Positions 51,216 through 61,350 of a DNA stretch of 64,000 bases are shown here, in pieces. Origin of the DNA: Oscillospiraceae bacterium. Its GTDB lineage: Bacteria > Bacillota > Clostridia > Oscillospirales > Oscillospiraceae. Position 1 is the stretch's first letter; each line of letters begins with the position of its first letter. The stretch lies in assembly GCA_016296565.1 (NCBI GenBank), contig JAEDJB010000001.1, positions 252-64,251 of the forward strand. Direction: 5' to 3'. A program made the translations under genes and the position numbers. The notes beneath the pieces are model-generated. The model was not told the origin of the DNA. It searched no databases and worked only from the letters and a program-made list of their open reading frames with translations.

Positions 51216-51244
51216 TTGACAAACGGCCAAAAATGCACTAACAT
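51216..51244 (+). promoter_or_regulatory. Sigma-A promoter of dap operon
   Basis: TTGACA-17 bp-TAACAT. Confidence 0.7.
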
Positions 51245-51256
51245 ATTGCCAAACCA

Positions 51257-51430
51257 GAGATAGAGGTAGCGCTTCGTCAAGAGTAACCGAGTCCAATGCC
51301 GTGCAGGGCAGGGCCGGAGAAAGGGGCGGGCGCCGAGGGCGGCTTTCACTGCAAGGGGAGCCGAGCCGGGCGGACAAACTAAGAGTTGTCCGACTGTCGC
51401 AAATGGAACAATTTGCGGAGAGCTATCCTT
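51257..51430 (+). ncRNA. Lysine riboswitch
   Basis: GATAGAGGTAGCGC...AGTA...GAAAGGGG...CGCCGA...ACTGTC...GGAGAGCTATC, upstream of dapA-dapB-lysA, terminator at about 51477-51510. Confidence 0.92.
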
Positions 51431-51564
51431 GATATAACATTCCGGCGGCTCCACCGCCTGTCTTTTCCGTTTTATCAAGCAGCTATCCCGCATAGCCGCT
51501 TGGTTTTTTTATTGCCAAAATGAAACCAGGCGGAACATCTCAATTTATGCAGGAGGAATTTATC

Positions 51565-52458
51565 ATGAAGCAGCAGAATCCTATTTTCAGAGGCATCGCC
51601 ACCGCGCTCATCACCCCCACCACCCCCGCCGGTGTGGATTATAACCGCCTGGACCAGCTCATCGACTGGCAGATCGCCCAGGGCATCAACGCACTGGTTA
51701 TCTGCGGCACCACCGGTGAAAGCTCCACTCTGACTGACGCGGAGCACCGCCAGGTGATGGCCCACGCCATCCGCAAGGTGGACGGCCGGGTGCCCGTGAT
51801 CTGCGGTACCGGCAGCAACGAAACCGACTACGCTGTGGAACTCACCAAGAGCGCCTGCGCCGACGGCGCTGACGCAGTCCTGGTGGTGACCCCTTACTAT
51901 AACAAGACCACCCAGAACGGCCTGGTTGCCATGTACAACACCATCGCTGACGCCAGCACCAAGCCCGTCATCCTCTACAACGTGCCCAGCCGTACCGGCA
52001 TCGGCATCGCTCCCGAGACCTATGTGAAGCTGGCTGAGCACCCCAACATCGCCGCCATCAAGGAAGCCAACAGCGACATCTCCAAGATCGTGGAGACCTT
52101 CTCCCTGGTGGGCGACAAGCTGGACATCTACTCCGGCAACGACGACCAGATCGTTCCCATCCTGTCCATGGGCGGCATGGGCTGCATCTCCGTTCTGTCC
52201 AACGTGATCCCCGCCCAGACCGTGGCTATCACCGACAAGTTCTTCGCCGGGGACGTGGCTGGCGCCGCCAAGCTCCAGTGCGACTTCATGCCCCTGGTCC
52301 GCTCCCTGTTCTGCGAGAGCAACCCCATCCCCGTAAAGGCCGCCATGGCCGCCATGGGCTTCTGCGAGAATTACCTGCGCCTGCCTCTGGTTCCCATGGA
52401 GGAGGACCATTACCAGGTGATGATCCAGCGGATGCGCGCTCTGGGCGTCAACGTGTAA
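51565..52458 (+). CDS. dapA: 4-hydroxy-tetrahydrodipicolinate synthase
   Basis: GTTGES, TPYYNK, LYNVPSRTG, IKEA, SGNDD, NPIPVK. Confidence 0.96.
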   Translation: MKQQNPIFRGIATALITPTTPAGVDYNRLDQLIDWQIAQGINALVICGTTGESSTLTDAEHRQVMAHAIRKVDGRVPVICGTGSNETDYAVELTKSACADGADAVLVVTPYYNKTTQNGLVAMYNTIADASTKPVILYNVPSRTGIGIAPETYVKLAEHPNIAAIKEANSDISKIVETFSLVGDKLDIYSGNDDQIVPILSMGGMGCISVLSNVIPAQTVAITDKFFAGDVAGAAKLQCDFMPLVRSLFCESNPIPVKAAMAAMGFCENYLRLPLVPMEEDHYQVMIQRMRALGVNV

Positions 52459-52472
52459 GCTGAGGTGCTTTT

Positions 52473-53201
52473 ATGAACGTTATTGTAAACGGCGCCGCAG
52501 GGCGCATGGGCCAGCATATGTGCCGGGTCCTGGAGGAGGCCGGCGTCACCCTGGCCGCCGCGGTGGACCGGGCCGGCGGCGACGGAATCTACACCAGCCT
52601 GACCGACTACACCGGCCCTGCCGACGTGGTCATCGACTTTTCCAACCACGCCAGCGCCAAGGAGCTGGCTGACTACTGCGTGTCCCGCAAACTCCCCCTG
52701 GTGGCCGCCACCACCGGCTACACCCCGGAAGAGTTTGCCTGCCTGGAAGCGGCGGCCCAGTCCATTCCCGTGTTCCAGTCCTATAACATGTCCGTGGGCG
52801 TTGCCCTGCTGGCCCGCCTGGTGAAGCAGGCGGCGGCCATCTTCGGCGGCTGCGACGTGGAGATCGTGGAGACTCACCACAACCGGAAGGCGGACGCCCC
52901 CAGCGGCACCGCCCTGCTCCTGGCCGACGCGGTGAAGGAGATGCGGCCCGACGCCGAGTACGTCTTCGGCCGCTCCGGCCAGCACAAGCGCCAGCCCAAC
53001 GAGATCGGCATCCACGCCCTGCGGATGGGCAACGTGGTGGGCGAGCACGAGGTGATCTTCGCCACCGACAGCCAGACCATCCGCCTCAAGCACGAAGCCC
53101 ACGACCGGGCCCTCTTCGCGGAAGGGGCCCTGGCGGCTGCCAACTTCGTGGTGGATCAGCCTGCCGGGTTCTACCACATGGACGACCTGCTGGGTCCCTG
53201 A
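52473..53201 (+). CDS. dapB: 4-hydroxy-tetrahydrodipicolinate reductase
   Basis: GAAGRMG, ETHHNRKADAPSGTA, VVGEHEV. Confidence 0.96.
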   Translation: MNVIVNGAAGRMGQHMCRVLEEAGVTLAAAVDRAGGDGIYTSLTDYTGPADVVIDFSNHASAKELADYCVSRKLPLVAATTGYTPEEFACLEAAAQSIPVFQSYNMSVGVALLARLVKQAAAIFGGCDVEIVETHHNRKADAPSGTALLLADAVKEMRPDAEYVFGRSGQHKRQPNEIGIHALRMGNVVGEHEVIFATDSQTIRLKHEAHDRALFAEGALAAANFVVDQPAGFYHMDDLLGP

Positions 53202-53237
53202 CCCACCCTACCAAAGAGAAAGACGAGAGATTGACCT

Positions 53238-54533
53238 ATGCTGTATGAGAATCTGGGAATCAACGAACAAGGCCATCTGACCATCGGCGGTCTGGACGCC
53301 GTGGACCTGGCCAAGGAGTTCGGCGCACCCCTGTATGTGCTGGACGAGGACAAGGTCCGGGCCAACTGCCGCACCTATGTTCAGGCCCTGGCAGACTGTA
53401 TGCCCGCCGGGTCCTACCCCCTCTTTGCCGGCAAGGCCCTGTGCTTCAAGGGCCTCTATCCGGTGCTGGAGGAGGAGGGCATGGGAGCCGACGTGGTCTC
53501 CCCCGGTGAAATTTACACCGCCCTGGCGGGAGGTTTCCCCGCGGAGCGGCTCTACTTCCACGGCAACAACAAGACCGACGAGGACATCCGGTACGCCCTG
53601 GACTCCGGGGTGGGCCACTTCATCGTGGACAACCACCAGGAGCTGGACAAACTGGACCAGTACGCCGGGGAGCGGGGCATCCGCCAGAAGGTTCTGCTCC
53701 GGGTAACCCCGGGCATCGATCCCCACACCCTCCAGGCCATCAACACCGGCCGCATCGACTGCCAGTTCGGCGTGCCCATCGAGACCGGGCAGGCCGCCCG
53801 GTTCGTGAAGGCAGCCATCGAAAAGGAAAACCTGGACGTGCTGGGTTTCCACAGCCACATTGGCTCCCAGATTTTCGAGGCAGAGCCCTTCTGCGACGCC
53901 GTGGACATTCTGCTGGACTTCGCCGATCAGATCCGCAAGGATCTGGGCTTTACCGTCCGGGTGCTGAATCTGGGCGGCGGCTTCGGCGTGCGCTACCAGG
54001 AGTCTGACCCCCAGGTGGACATCCCCGGCAACATCCAGGCCCTGGCCGACCACCTGAAGGCTGGCTGCGCCGCCAAGGACTACCCCGTGCCCCAGATCCT
54101 GCTGGAGCCCGGCCGGAGCATCGTGGCAAACGCCGGCGTCACCCTCTACGAGGTGGGCGGGGTCAAGACCATTGAGGGCTACCGCAGCTACATTACAGTA
54201 AACGGCGGCATGACCGACAACCCCCGGTACGCCCTGTACCGTTCCCCCTACACGGTTCTGCCTGCCAGCCGGATGAACGATCCCCGGGACTTCCTGTGCA
54301 CCGTGGCCGGCCGTTGCTGCGAGAGCGGCGACCTGATCCAGGAGAACATCCAGATGCCCCTGGCCCAGCGGGGTGACCTGATCGCCGTCCTCACCACCGG
54401 CGCTTATAATTTCACCATGTCCTCCAACTACAACCGCCTGTGCCGTCCGGCGTTGGTGATGCTCCACGAGGGCAAAGCCCGCCTGGCTGTCCGCCGGCAG
54501 ACCTTTGAGGATTTGGTTGCCTGTGACCTCTGA
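53238..54533 (+). CDS. lysA: Diaminopimelate decarboxylase
   Basis: FHGNNK, HSHIGSQ, NLGGGFG, EPGRSI, CCESGD, GAY...SNYN. Confidence 0.94.
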   Translation: MLYENLGINEQGHLTIGGLDAVDLAKEFGAPLYVLDEDKVRANCRTYVQALADCMPAGSYPLFAGKALCFKGLYPVLEEEGMGADVVSPGEIYTALAGGFPAERLYFHGNNKTDEDIRYALDSGVGHFIVDNHQELDKLDQYAGERGIRQKVLLRVTPGIDPHTLQAINTGRIDCQFGVPIETGQAARFVKAAIEKENLDVLGFHSHIGSQIFEAEPFCDAVDILLDFADQIRKDLGFTVRVLNLGGGFGVRYQESDPQVDIPGNIQALADHLKAGCAAKDYPVPQILLEPGRSIVANAGVTLYEVGGVKTIEGYRSYITVNGGMTDNPRYALYRSPYTVLPASRMNDPRDFLCTVAGRCCESGDLIQENIQMPLAQRGDLIAVLTTGAYNFTMSSNYNRLCRPALVMLHEGKARLAVRRQTFEDLVACDL

Positions 54534-54545
54534 CTTCCCTTATAG

Positions 54546-54583
54546 AAAAAAGGGTGGTACAATAGCTGTACCACCCTTTTTTC
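54546..54583 (+). terminator. Terminator of dap operon
   Basis: AAGGGTGGTACA-ATAGC-TGTACCACCCTTTTTT. Confidence 0.8.
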
Positions 54584-54602
54584 TGTTATGGAGGCGAATA
54601 CA

Positions 54603-55043
54603 ATGGAAATCCGACGTGCCAATCTGGCGGATCTGCCCGCCGTCTACACCTGCTGCACCGAAGCCTTCAAGGACTATATCCCCTTCATCGGCCAGGTTCC
54701 CGGCCCCATGCTGGAGGACTACGGCGCCGCGCTGGAGAAGGACTTTCTTTTCGTGGCGGAGGAAGCCGGCAGACTCCGGGGCTATCTGCTCATCAAGGAT
54801 GGGGACGGGGACTTCATGTGGATGGATGTGCTGGCCGCTCACCCCAAGGGTACCGGCGCGGGCCGGGCACTCATGGCCTTCTGCGAGGACTTCATCCGGG
54901 CGCAGGGAAAACACCAGTGCCGGCTGTACACCCATGTGACCTATCAGCGGACCCAGGAGATCTATCTCCGGCAGGGGTACCAGATCTACGACCGGGTGCA
55001 GGAATATGGGTTTGACCGGTATTATATGCGGAAGGATCTGTGA
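54603..55043 (+). CDS. GNAT family acetyltransferase
   Basis: GTGAGRALM acetyl-CoA motif, IYLRQGY. Confidence 0.8.
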   Translation: MEIRRANLADLPAVYTCCTEAFKDYIPFIGQVPGPMLEDYGAALEKDFLFVAEEAGRLRGYLLIKDGDGDFMWMDVLAAHPKGTGAGRALMAFCEDFIRAQGKHQCRLYTHVTYQRTQEIYLRQGYQIYDRVQEYGFDRYYMRKDL

Positions 55044-55087
55044 GGATACAACCACTCAGAACGGCGGGAGCTTTCCCCGCCGTTTTT

Positions 55088-56425
55088 TCATCGCTCCACC
55101 CGATACAGGAGGATGAGGCCCAGCGCCAGGGTAACAGCCTCGCCGGTGAGGGCCGCCAGCCAGATGCCGGTGCCGCCGCCCAGGGCGTAAAACGCCAGCA
55201 GGGCCGCCGGGAGCAGCACAAATCCCCGGCTTAGGGACAGCAGAGCGGAGAACCCGGACTGCCCCAGGGCGGCGAAGTAGCCGGCCAGGGCGATGGAGAC
55301 CCCTGCGGGCAGGTAGGACAGGGCGTACTGCCGCAGGGCGGACACCGTCTGGCCAAACAGGCCGCTGTCCCCCTCCAGCAGCAGGGAGACCAGGGTCCCC
55401 GGGGCCAGCTGGCACACCAGCTCCACCAGAATCCCCACTGCCGCCACGGTAATCAGGCACTGTTTCAGATAGTGCCGGATGCTTGCTTTGTCGTTCTGGC
55501 CCACCGCCAGGCTCACCAGGGGCATCATCCCCTGGGCAACCCCCTGCATCACCATGGACACCAGGAGACTGATGTAAGCAATCACCGCGTAGATGGGCAG
55601 GCACCCCTCCCCAAAGGCGGAGAGAATCACATGGTTATACAGCAGGGTGAGAAAGCCCAGCATCAGCTCAATGGAGCAGTCCGCAATGCCCAAGGGGAGG
55701 ATGCGGCGCAGGTCCTTCAGGCGCAGGCGGAACCGGCGGAACTTCAGGTTGGACTTGCCGGAGAGGAAGTAGCTCAGGAAAAAGGCCATGCTGGCCAGCT
55801 GGGCCAGGCCCGTGGCCAGAGCCGCTCCCCAGACCTCCCAGCCCAGGCGGAAGATGAACACATAGTCCAGCCCCACGTTCACCAGGAAGCTGGTGCCCAC
55901 CCCCATCACCGCCAGCTGGGGCCGGCCGTCCACCTTCACCATCACCTCCAGGCAGTAGGACAGGATGAAGCAGACGGAAAACAGGCAGACGATATGAAGG
56001 TATTCGGAGGTGTACCCGATGGTCTGGGGGCCCGCCCCCAGCAGGTAACCCAGAGGCTCGGCAAAGAGGGACACCCCCAGGGTAATAACCGCCGACACCA
56101 CCAGGATCACCACCACTGTCTGGGTGAAGATCCGCTCGGCCCGGTCATGGTCCCCCTCCCCCATGGCGAAGGCGCAGAGGGTGGAGGTCCCCATGGACAG
56201 CAGGATGGCAATGCCGGAGAGGATGTTAATGAAAGGCAGGGAGATGTTCACCGCCGCCAAGGCCAGCTCCCCCACACCCCGGGAGACGAAAATCCCGTCG
56301 ATGATGGTGTAGGCAGAGAAAAGGACCATGGCGGAAACAGAGGGCAGCACATACCGGAAAAAGGTCCTCCAGCTGCCGGAAGCGGAAGGGATGGATGGAT
56401 GGGAAGGGTTTGCGCGGAAAGACAA
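55088..56425 (-). CDS. MATE family efflux transporter
   Basis: YTIIDGIFV, ALAAVNI, LDYVFIF, GAALATG. Confidence 0.9.
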   Translation of the reverse strand: MSFRANPSHPSIPSASGSWRTFFRYVLPSVSAMVLFSAYTIIDGIFVSRGVGELALAAVNISLPFINILSGIAILLSMGTSTLCAFAMGEGDHDRAERIFTQTVVVILVVSAVITLGVSLFAEPLGYLLGAGPQTIGYTSEYLHIVCLFSVCFILSYCLEVMVKVDGRPQLAVMGVGTSFLVNVGLDYVFIFRLGWEVWGAALATGLAQLASMAFFLSYFLSGKSNLKFRRFRLRLKDLRRILPLGIADCSIELMLGFLTLLYNHVILSAFGEGCLPIYAVIAYISLLVSMVMQGVAQGMMPLVSLAVGQNDKASIRHYLKQCLITVAAVGILVELVCQLAPGTLVSLLLEGDSGLFGQTVSALRQYALSYLPAGVSIALAGYFAALGQSGFSALLSLSRGFVLLPAALLAFYALGGGTGIWLAALTGEAVTLALGLILLYRVER

Positions 56426-56466
56426 GATGTTTCACCTCATGAAAGTTTTCAATGGATTTCCCTTGC

Positions 56467-57801
56467 TCACGCGGTCTGACCCGCGGGCAGGGGCTTTTTT
56501 TCTGTGCTTCGCAGCAGGACAAGGCCCAGGAGGAAGGACAGCAGCTCGCCCACCAGGGCGGCCATCCAGATTCCCTGGCCGCCGCTCACCAGGTTAATGA
56601 CCAGCAGGGCGGCAGGCAGGAGCACAAAGCCCCGGCCCAGGGACAGGAGCATGGAGGCGCCTCCCTTGCCCAGGGCGGCGAAGTAGCCGGCCAGGGCGAT
56701 GGAAACACCGGCCAGGAGATAGGACAGGGCATACTGCCGCAGGGCGGACACCGCGCCGCCGAAGAGGACGTTGTCCCCCTCCAGCAGCAGGGAAACCAGG
56801 GCCCCGGGAGCCAGCTGGCACACCAGCTCCACAGCCACCCCCACCACCAGCACGGACAGCAGACACTGACGCAGAAACCGGCGGGCGCTGTCCCGGTCCC
56901 GGTGGCCCACCGCCAGGCTCACCAGGGGCATCATCCCCTGGGCAATCCCCTGCATCACCATGGACACCAGCAGGCTGATATAGGCAATCACCGCGTAGAT
57001 GGGAAGGCTTTCCTCCCCCAGCGCAGAGAGAATCACATGGTTATACAGAAGGGTGAGAAAGCCCAGCATGAACTCGATGGAGCAGTCCGCCACCCCCAGG
57101 GGGAGGATGGTCCGCAGATCCCCCAGGTGCAGCCGGAACCGGCGGAAATGCAGGTTGGACCGGCCGGAAAGGAAGTAGCTCAGGAAGAAAATCATGCTGG
57201 CCAGCTGGGCAAGACCCGTGGCCAGAGCGGAACCCAGCACCTCCATGCCCATCAGGAATATGAACACATAGTCCAGGCCGATGTGTACCACAAAGCTGAT
57301 GCCCACGCCGATCACCGCCAGCTGAGGCCGGCCGTCCACCTTCACCATCACCTCCAGGCAGTAGGACAGGATAAAGCAAACGGAGAACAGGCAGACCACA
57401 TGGAGATACTGGGAGGCATACCCGATGGTAAGAGGTCCCGCTCCCAGCAGGTAAGCCAGCGGCTTCGCCCCCAGGCACACGGCCAGGGTAATGGCCGCCG
57501 ACAGGACCACGATCACCGCCACCGTCTGGGTGAAAATCTTCTCCGCCCTCTCATGGTCTCCCTTCCCCATGGAGAAGGCGCAGAGGGTAGAGGTTCCCAT
57601 GGCCAGGAGGATGGCCACCCCCGAGAGGATGTTGATAAAGGGCAGGGAAATGTTCACCGCCGCCAAAGCCAGGTCGCTGACCCCCTTGGCAACGAAAATA
57701 CCGTCGATGATGGTGTAGGAGGAAAAGAGCACCATGGCCGAAGCGGACGGGATCACATAATGAAAAAAGTTTTTCCAGGTAGGAGCAGGTACAGCATTCA
57801 C
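56467..57801 (-). CDS. MATE family efflux transporter (tandem paralog)
   Basis: Same motifs, colinear and highly similar to 55088-56425. Confidence 0.9.
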   Translation of the reverse strand: MNAVPAPTWKNFFHYVIPSASAMVLFSSYTIIDGIFVAKGVSDLALAAVNISLPFINILSGVAILLAMGTSTLCAFSMGKGDHERAEKIFTQTVAVIVVLSAAITLAVCLGAKPLAYLLGAGPLTIGYASQYLHVVCLFSVCFILSYCLEVMVKVDGRPQLAVIGVGISFVVHIGLDYVFIFLMGMEVLGSALATGLAQLASMIFFLSYFLSGRSNLHFRRFRLHLGDLRTILPLGVADCSIEFMLGFLTLLYNHVILSALGEESLPIYAVIAYISLLVSMVMQGIAQGMMPLVSLAVGHRDRDSARRFLRQCLLSVLVVGVAVELVCQLAPGALVSLLLEGDNVLFGGAVSALRQYALSYLLAGVSIALAGYFAALGKGGASMLLSLGRGFVLLPAALLVINLVSGGQGIWMAALVGELLSFLLGLVLLRSTEKKPLPAGQTA

Positions 57802-57875
57802 AATCGGTCACCTCATAGAAATCAGACACAACCCGCGGTTTCCCCTTGTGGGGACCGGGTTTCTTTGGTATACTA

Positions 57876-57906
57876 AGGATAAACCATGGGGTAACCCCAG
57901 AGTCAA
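57876..57906 (-). promoter_or_regulatory. MerR-type promoter/operator for MATE genes
   Basis: TTGACT-19 bp-TATCCT with dyad GGGGTTACCCC in the spacer. Confidence 0.85.
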
Positions 57907-57941
57907 GAGGAACCAAGCAAGTTTTTTCAAAGGGGGGAACA

Positions 57942-58799
57942 ATGGAAAAGCACGCCTTTAAAACGGCGGAGTTTGCCGCTCTGTGCGGGGTGAAGAAGGA
58001 CACCCTGCTCCACTACGACCACATCGGCCTGTTGAAGCCCCAGAAGGTGGGGGAAAACGGCTACCGCTACTATTCTGCCCGCCAACTGGCCGCCTATGAC
58101 CTGATCGCTGCCCTCCGGCGGCTGGACACCCCCCTGGCGGAGATCCGGGACTACCTGACCCGCCGCAGCCCGGAGGCCATGCTGACCCTTCTGGAGGAGA
58201 AGGAAACCGCTCTGGAGGCGGAGCGCCGCCGGCTGGACCGGATGGGGGCGCTCCTCCGGGACACCATCCAGGGGGTCCGGCTGGCCCAGTCGGTGCAGCC
58301 CGGGGAAATCCGGGTGGAAAATCTGCCCCAGCTGTGGTGCGCGGTGGTGAAGGCCCCGGACTTTGACCAGTTTGAGGAATCCCAGTTCCTGCTTCACATC
58401 CGGGAGCTGCTCACCTGGGCCAGGGAGAACGGCAGCCCCTCCCAGTCCCCCGGGGATATTATCTGCCGGGAACACCTGGACCGGGAGGTTCTCCGGGAGG
58501 ACTACTACTACTGCCCTGTCCCGCCGGGAACCACCGGCTGGGAGATCCGCATCCGCCCGGCGGGAACCTATGGGGTCCTCTACCACCAGGGGTCCTACCA
58601 GTCGGAGTACGAGGCCTGCCGCCGCCTGCGGGACTGGGCGCTGGAGCAGGGCTATGAAATTGACGGGGACCTGTACGAGGAGGACCTGGTCAACTACACC
58701 ACCTCCGCCGACCCCCAGTCCTATCTGCTGAAGCTCAGCCTGAAGATCCGCCGGCCCGGGGACCCTTCTGCTCCGCCGGCACAACAACGGGAGGAATGA
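57942..58799 (+). CDS. MerR-family regulator with GyrI-like effector domain (BmrR/BltR type)
   Basis: EFAALCGV...TLLHYD.IGLL.P...NGYRYYS, C-terminal RPAGTY...YHQGSY. Confidence 0.9.
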   Translation: MEKHAFKTAEFAALCGVKKDTLLHYDHIGLLKPQKVGENGYRYYSARQLAAYDLIAALRRLDTPLAEIRDYLTRRSPEAMLTLLEEKETALEAERRRLDRMGALLRDTIQGVRLAQSVQPGEIRVENLPQLWCAVVKAPDFDQFEESQFLLHIRELLTWARENGSPSQSPGDIICREHLDREVLREDYYYCPVPPGTTGWEIRIRPAGTYGVLYHQGSYQSEYEACRRLRDWALEQGYEIDGDLYEEDLVNYTTSADPQSYLLKLSLKIRRPGDPSAPPAQQREE

Positions 58800-58801
58800 A
58801 C

Positions 58802-59308
58802 ATGACATTGGATATCACCAAGCTGTCCCCGCGCTATGAGGTCAGGCAATTGGGAGAGGAGGATTTCCCCGCCATCCTGGCCCTCTACCAGAGCAACCCC
58901 CAGTACTTTGCCCCCATGGGTCAGGAGCCCCCGCAGGGCGGACTGGAGGAGGATCTGGCCGCTCTGCCCCCGGGGAAAACCATGGAGGACAAGTATTTCC
59001 TGGGCTTCTTCCGGGAGGGCGATCTGGCCGCCCTGCTGGAGCTGGTCACCGGCTATCCGGACGAGGGCACCGGCTACATCGGCCTGTTCATGGTGGACGC
59101 CAAGCACCAGGGCCAGGGGGAGGGCAGCCGCCTGATCGGAGAGATTCTGGCCCATCTGAAGGATGCCGGCCTGGGCTACGCAGAGCTGTGCTACTCCTAC
59201 GGCAACCAGCAGAGCGAGCACTTCTGGATGAAAAACGGCTTTATCCCCACAGGCTCTGTGCGGCAGCAGGGGGAATACTATGTGATCTCGCTGTTTAAGA
59301 AGCTGTGA
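58802..59308 (+). CDS. GNAT family acetyltransferase
   Basis: YIGLFMVD...QGQGEG, FWMKNGF (alternative start 58796). Confidence 0.85.
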   Translation: MTLDITKLSPRYEVRQLGEEDFPAILALYQSNPQYFAPMGQEPPQGGLEEDLAALPPGKTMEDKYFLGFFREGDLAALLELVTGYPDEGTGYIGLFMVDAKHQGQGEGSRLIGEILAHLKDAGLGYAELCYSYGNQQSEHFWMKNGFIPTGSVRQQGEYYVISLFKKL

Positions 59309-59378
59309 GGTAATTCTTTCAGGACACATGAAAAAGGAACGGGAAATCCCGTTCCTTTTTTATCATTATAATGTAGGG

Positions 59379-60143
59379 TTACTGCATGCTCAGCTGGCCG
59401 AACACCTGGAGGATCTCCTCGGTGGTCATTCTGGTTTTCTCCTCCCCGGCCCGGTCCACCACGATCTTGCCCCGGTCCAGCATCAGCAGCCGGTCGCCGT
59501 ACTCCAGGGCGTAGCGCAGGTTGTGGGTGACCATCATGGCGGTGAGGCCCTTCTCCTTCACCACCTTGCCGGTGAGAACCATGATGGTCTCGGCGGTTTT
59601 GGGGTCCAGGGCGGCGGTGTGTTCGTCCAGGATCAGGAATTTCAGGGGCGTCAGGGTGGCCATCAGCAGGGCCACCGCCTGGCGCTGGCCGCCGGAGAGA
59701 GCGCCCATCTTAATGTCCAGCTTGTCCTCCAGGCCCAGCCCTAAGCCGGCCAGCTCGGACCGGTAAAAGTCCACCCGCTTCCTGTTCACCCCCTGGCTCA
59801 AGCCGAAGCGCTTGCCCTTGTTGTCCGCCAGGGAGAGGTTTTCCAGCATGGTCAGGTTGGGACAGGTGCCCAGGGCGGGGTTCTGGTACACCCGGCCAAT
59901 GGAGGCGTACCGCTGAAAATCCTTCTGCTTCCGGATGCTCTTGCCGTCCACCAGCACGTCGCCCCCGTCCAGGGGGATGCTCCCGCAGATGATGTTCAGC
60001 AGGGAGGTCTTGCCGGAGCCGTTGCTCCCCACAATGGAGATAAACTGCCCGTCCGGCACGGTCAGATCCAGGCCGTCAAAGAGCTTCAGCTCGGTGACGG
60101 TGCCGGGGTTGTAGGTTTTGGTCAGGTTTTTGATCTCAAGCAT
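59379..60143 (-). CDS. ABC transporter ATP-binding protein (TrpZ-like)
   Basis: GSNGSGKT, LSGGQRQ, LDEHTAALDP. Confidence 0.92.
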   Translation of the reverse strand: MLEIKNLTKTYNPGTVTELKLFDGLDLTVPDGQFISIVGSNGSGKTSLLNIICGSIPLDGGDVLVDGKSIRKQKDFQRYASIGRVYQNPALGTCPNLTMLENLSLADNKGKRFGLSQGVNRKRVDFYRSELAGLGLGLEDKLDIKMGALSGGQRQAVALLMATLTPLKFLILDEHTAALDPKTAETIMVLTGKVVKEKGLTAMMVTHNLRYALEYGDRLLMLDRGKIVVDRAGEEKTRMTTEEILQVFGQLSMQ

Positions 60144-61074
60144 GGATGATCTCCTCCCCTCTCCGTCCGGCGATCACCAGCACCAGCAGGAAGAGCACGG
60201 CGGTGATGAACTTGAGCATGTTGGCAGGCAGACCAGCGTTGATGGCGATCTGGATGCAGAACTTATAGAGCACGCTGCCCAGCAGCACCGCCGTGGTCCC
60301 CTTGGGGGAGGCCAAAAAGCGCAGCAGCGGGATCTTCCGCATGCCCTGGGCGGCCCGGGAGCCTACGAAGAACCGGATGAGAGACACGCCGATGATGACC
60401 GTTGCCAGGCCAAAGACCACCTGGCCGATGCCCATCACGGCGGAGTAGCTCCGCTGCTCCTGGCAGAGGACGCCGCCGCAGAGGGCCACCAGGGCGTTGG
60501 CCAGCACCACACCCAGAATCTTCATGTTGCCCTTGTTCTGGGCCAGGGTGGTGACCAGTGTGCCGTTGTCGCCCACTGCCCGGAGGAGCAGGCCGGACTT
60601 GGTGCGGAAGTACAGGTCCAGCACCAGCTTCACCACCACCACCAGCACCAGGGAAACCACCAGCTTACGGCCGGAGAGGGTGAGGCCGCCCAGCACCGCC
60701 ATCACCGGGGCGGAGGTAAAGATGGTGTCCACCGCCCGCTCCACCGTCAGGTTGGACCCGGCGATGAGCAGGTTCACCGAGGAGAGGGCGGTCATGGTGA
60801 TGATACCGGCCAGCAGGTCCCGGACCCCCAGCTTCACATGGATAAGGCCGGTGCACAGCCCGGCCACAGCACCGGCCAGGGCAGCGCACACCAGGGTCAG
60901 CCAGGGGTTCATACCCTTGAGAAGCAGGACCGCCGTCACCGCCGCGCCCAAGGGGAAGGTGCCGTCCACGGACAGGTCCGGGAAGTCCAGCACCGAATAG
61001 GTAATATACACGCCGAAGGACAGCAGAGCGTAGATAAAGCCCTGGGTCAGCGTGCTGACGATCAGGTCCAGCAT
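60136..61074 (-). CDS. ABC transporter permease (TrpY-like)
   Basis: DFPDLSVDGTFPLG, LLAGII, GLLLRAVGDN. Confidence 0.9.
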   Translation of the reverse strand: MLDLIVSTLTQGFIYALLSFGVYITYSVLDFPDLSVDGTFPLGAAVTAVLLLKGMNPWLTLVCAALAGAVAGLCTGLIHVKLGVRDLLAGIITMTALSSVNLLIAGSNLTVERAVDTIFTSAPVMAVLGGLTLSGRKLVVSLVLVVVVKLVLDLYFRTKSGLLLRAVGDNGTLVTTLAQNKGNMKILGVVLANALVALCGGVLCQEQRSYSAVMGIGQVVFGLATVIIGVSLIRFFVGSRAAQGMRKIPLLRFLASPKGTTAVLLGSVLYKFCIQIAINAGLPANMLKFITAVLFLLVLVIAGRRGEEIIHA

Positions 61075-61142
61075 GGGACATCCTCCTTTTCACGGCCAGG
61101 GCGCAGGCCCCTCAGGGAGCCTGCGCCGCAGTCCGTTCTTTC

Positions 61143-61350
61143 CTTGTCTCACAGAGTTTCGCCGCCGTAGCGGCGAAAGAAAGTCCAATCATTTTTCCGG
61201 TGGCACAAGGTGAATTGGCCGAAGGCCAAGAGAAGGTGGCCTGGGCCATGCACAGCGGAAAAATACTTCTCGGTCTCCAAGTGTGCCCGCAGGGCGCGCG
61301 CAGGAGGCCGCATCCTTCATTTTGGGAAAGGCTCTGCCTTTTCCAAAATC
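61143..61350. repeat. Structured intergenic repeat, copy 2
   Basis: Homologous to 24880-25006 with an internal insertion. Confidence 0.65.
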
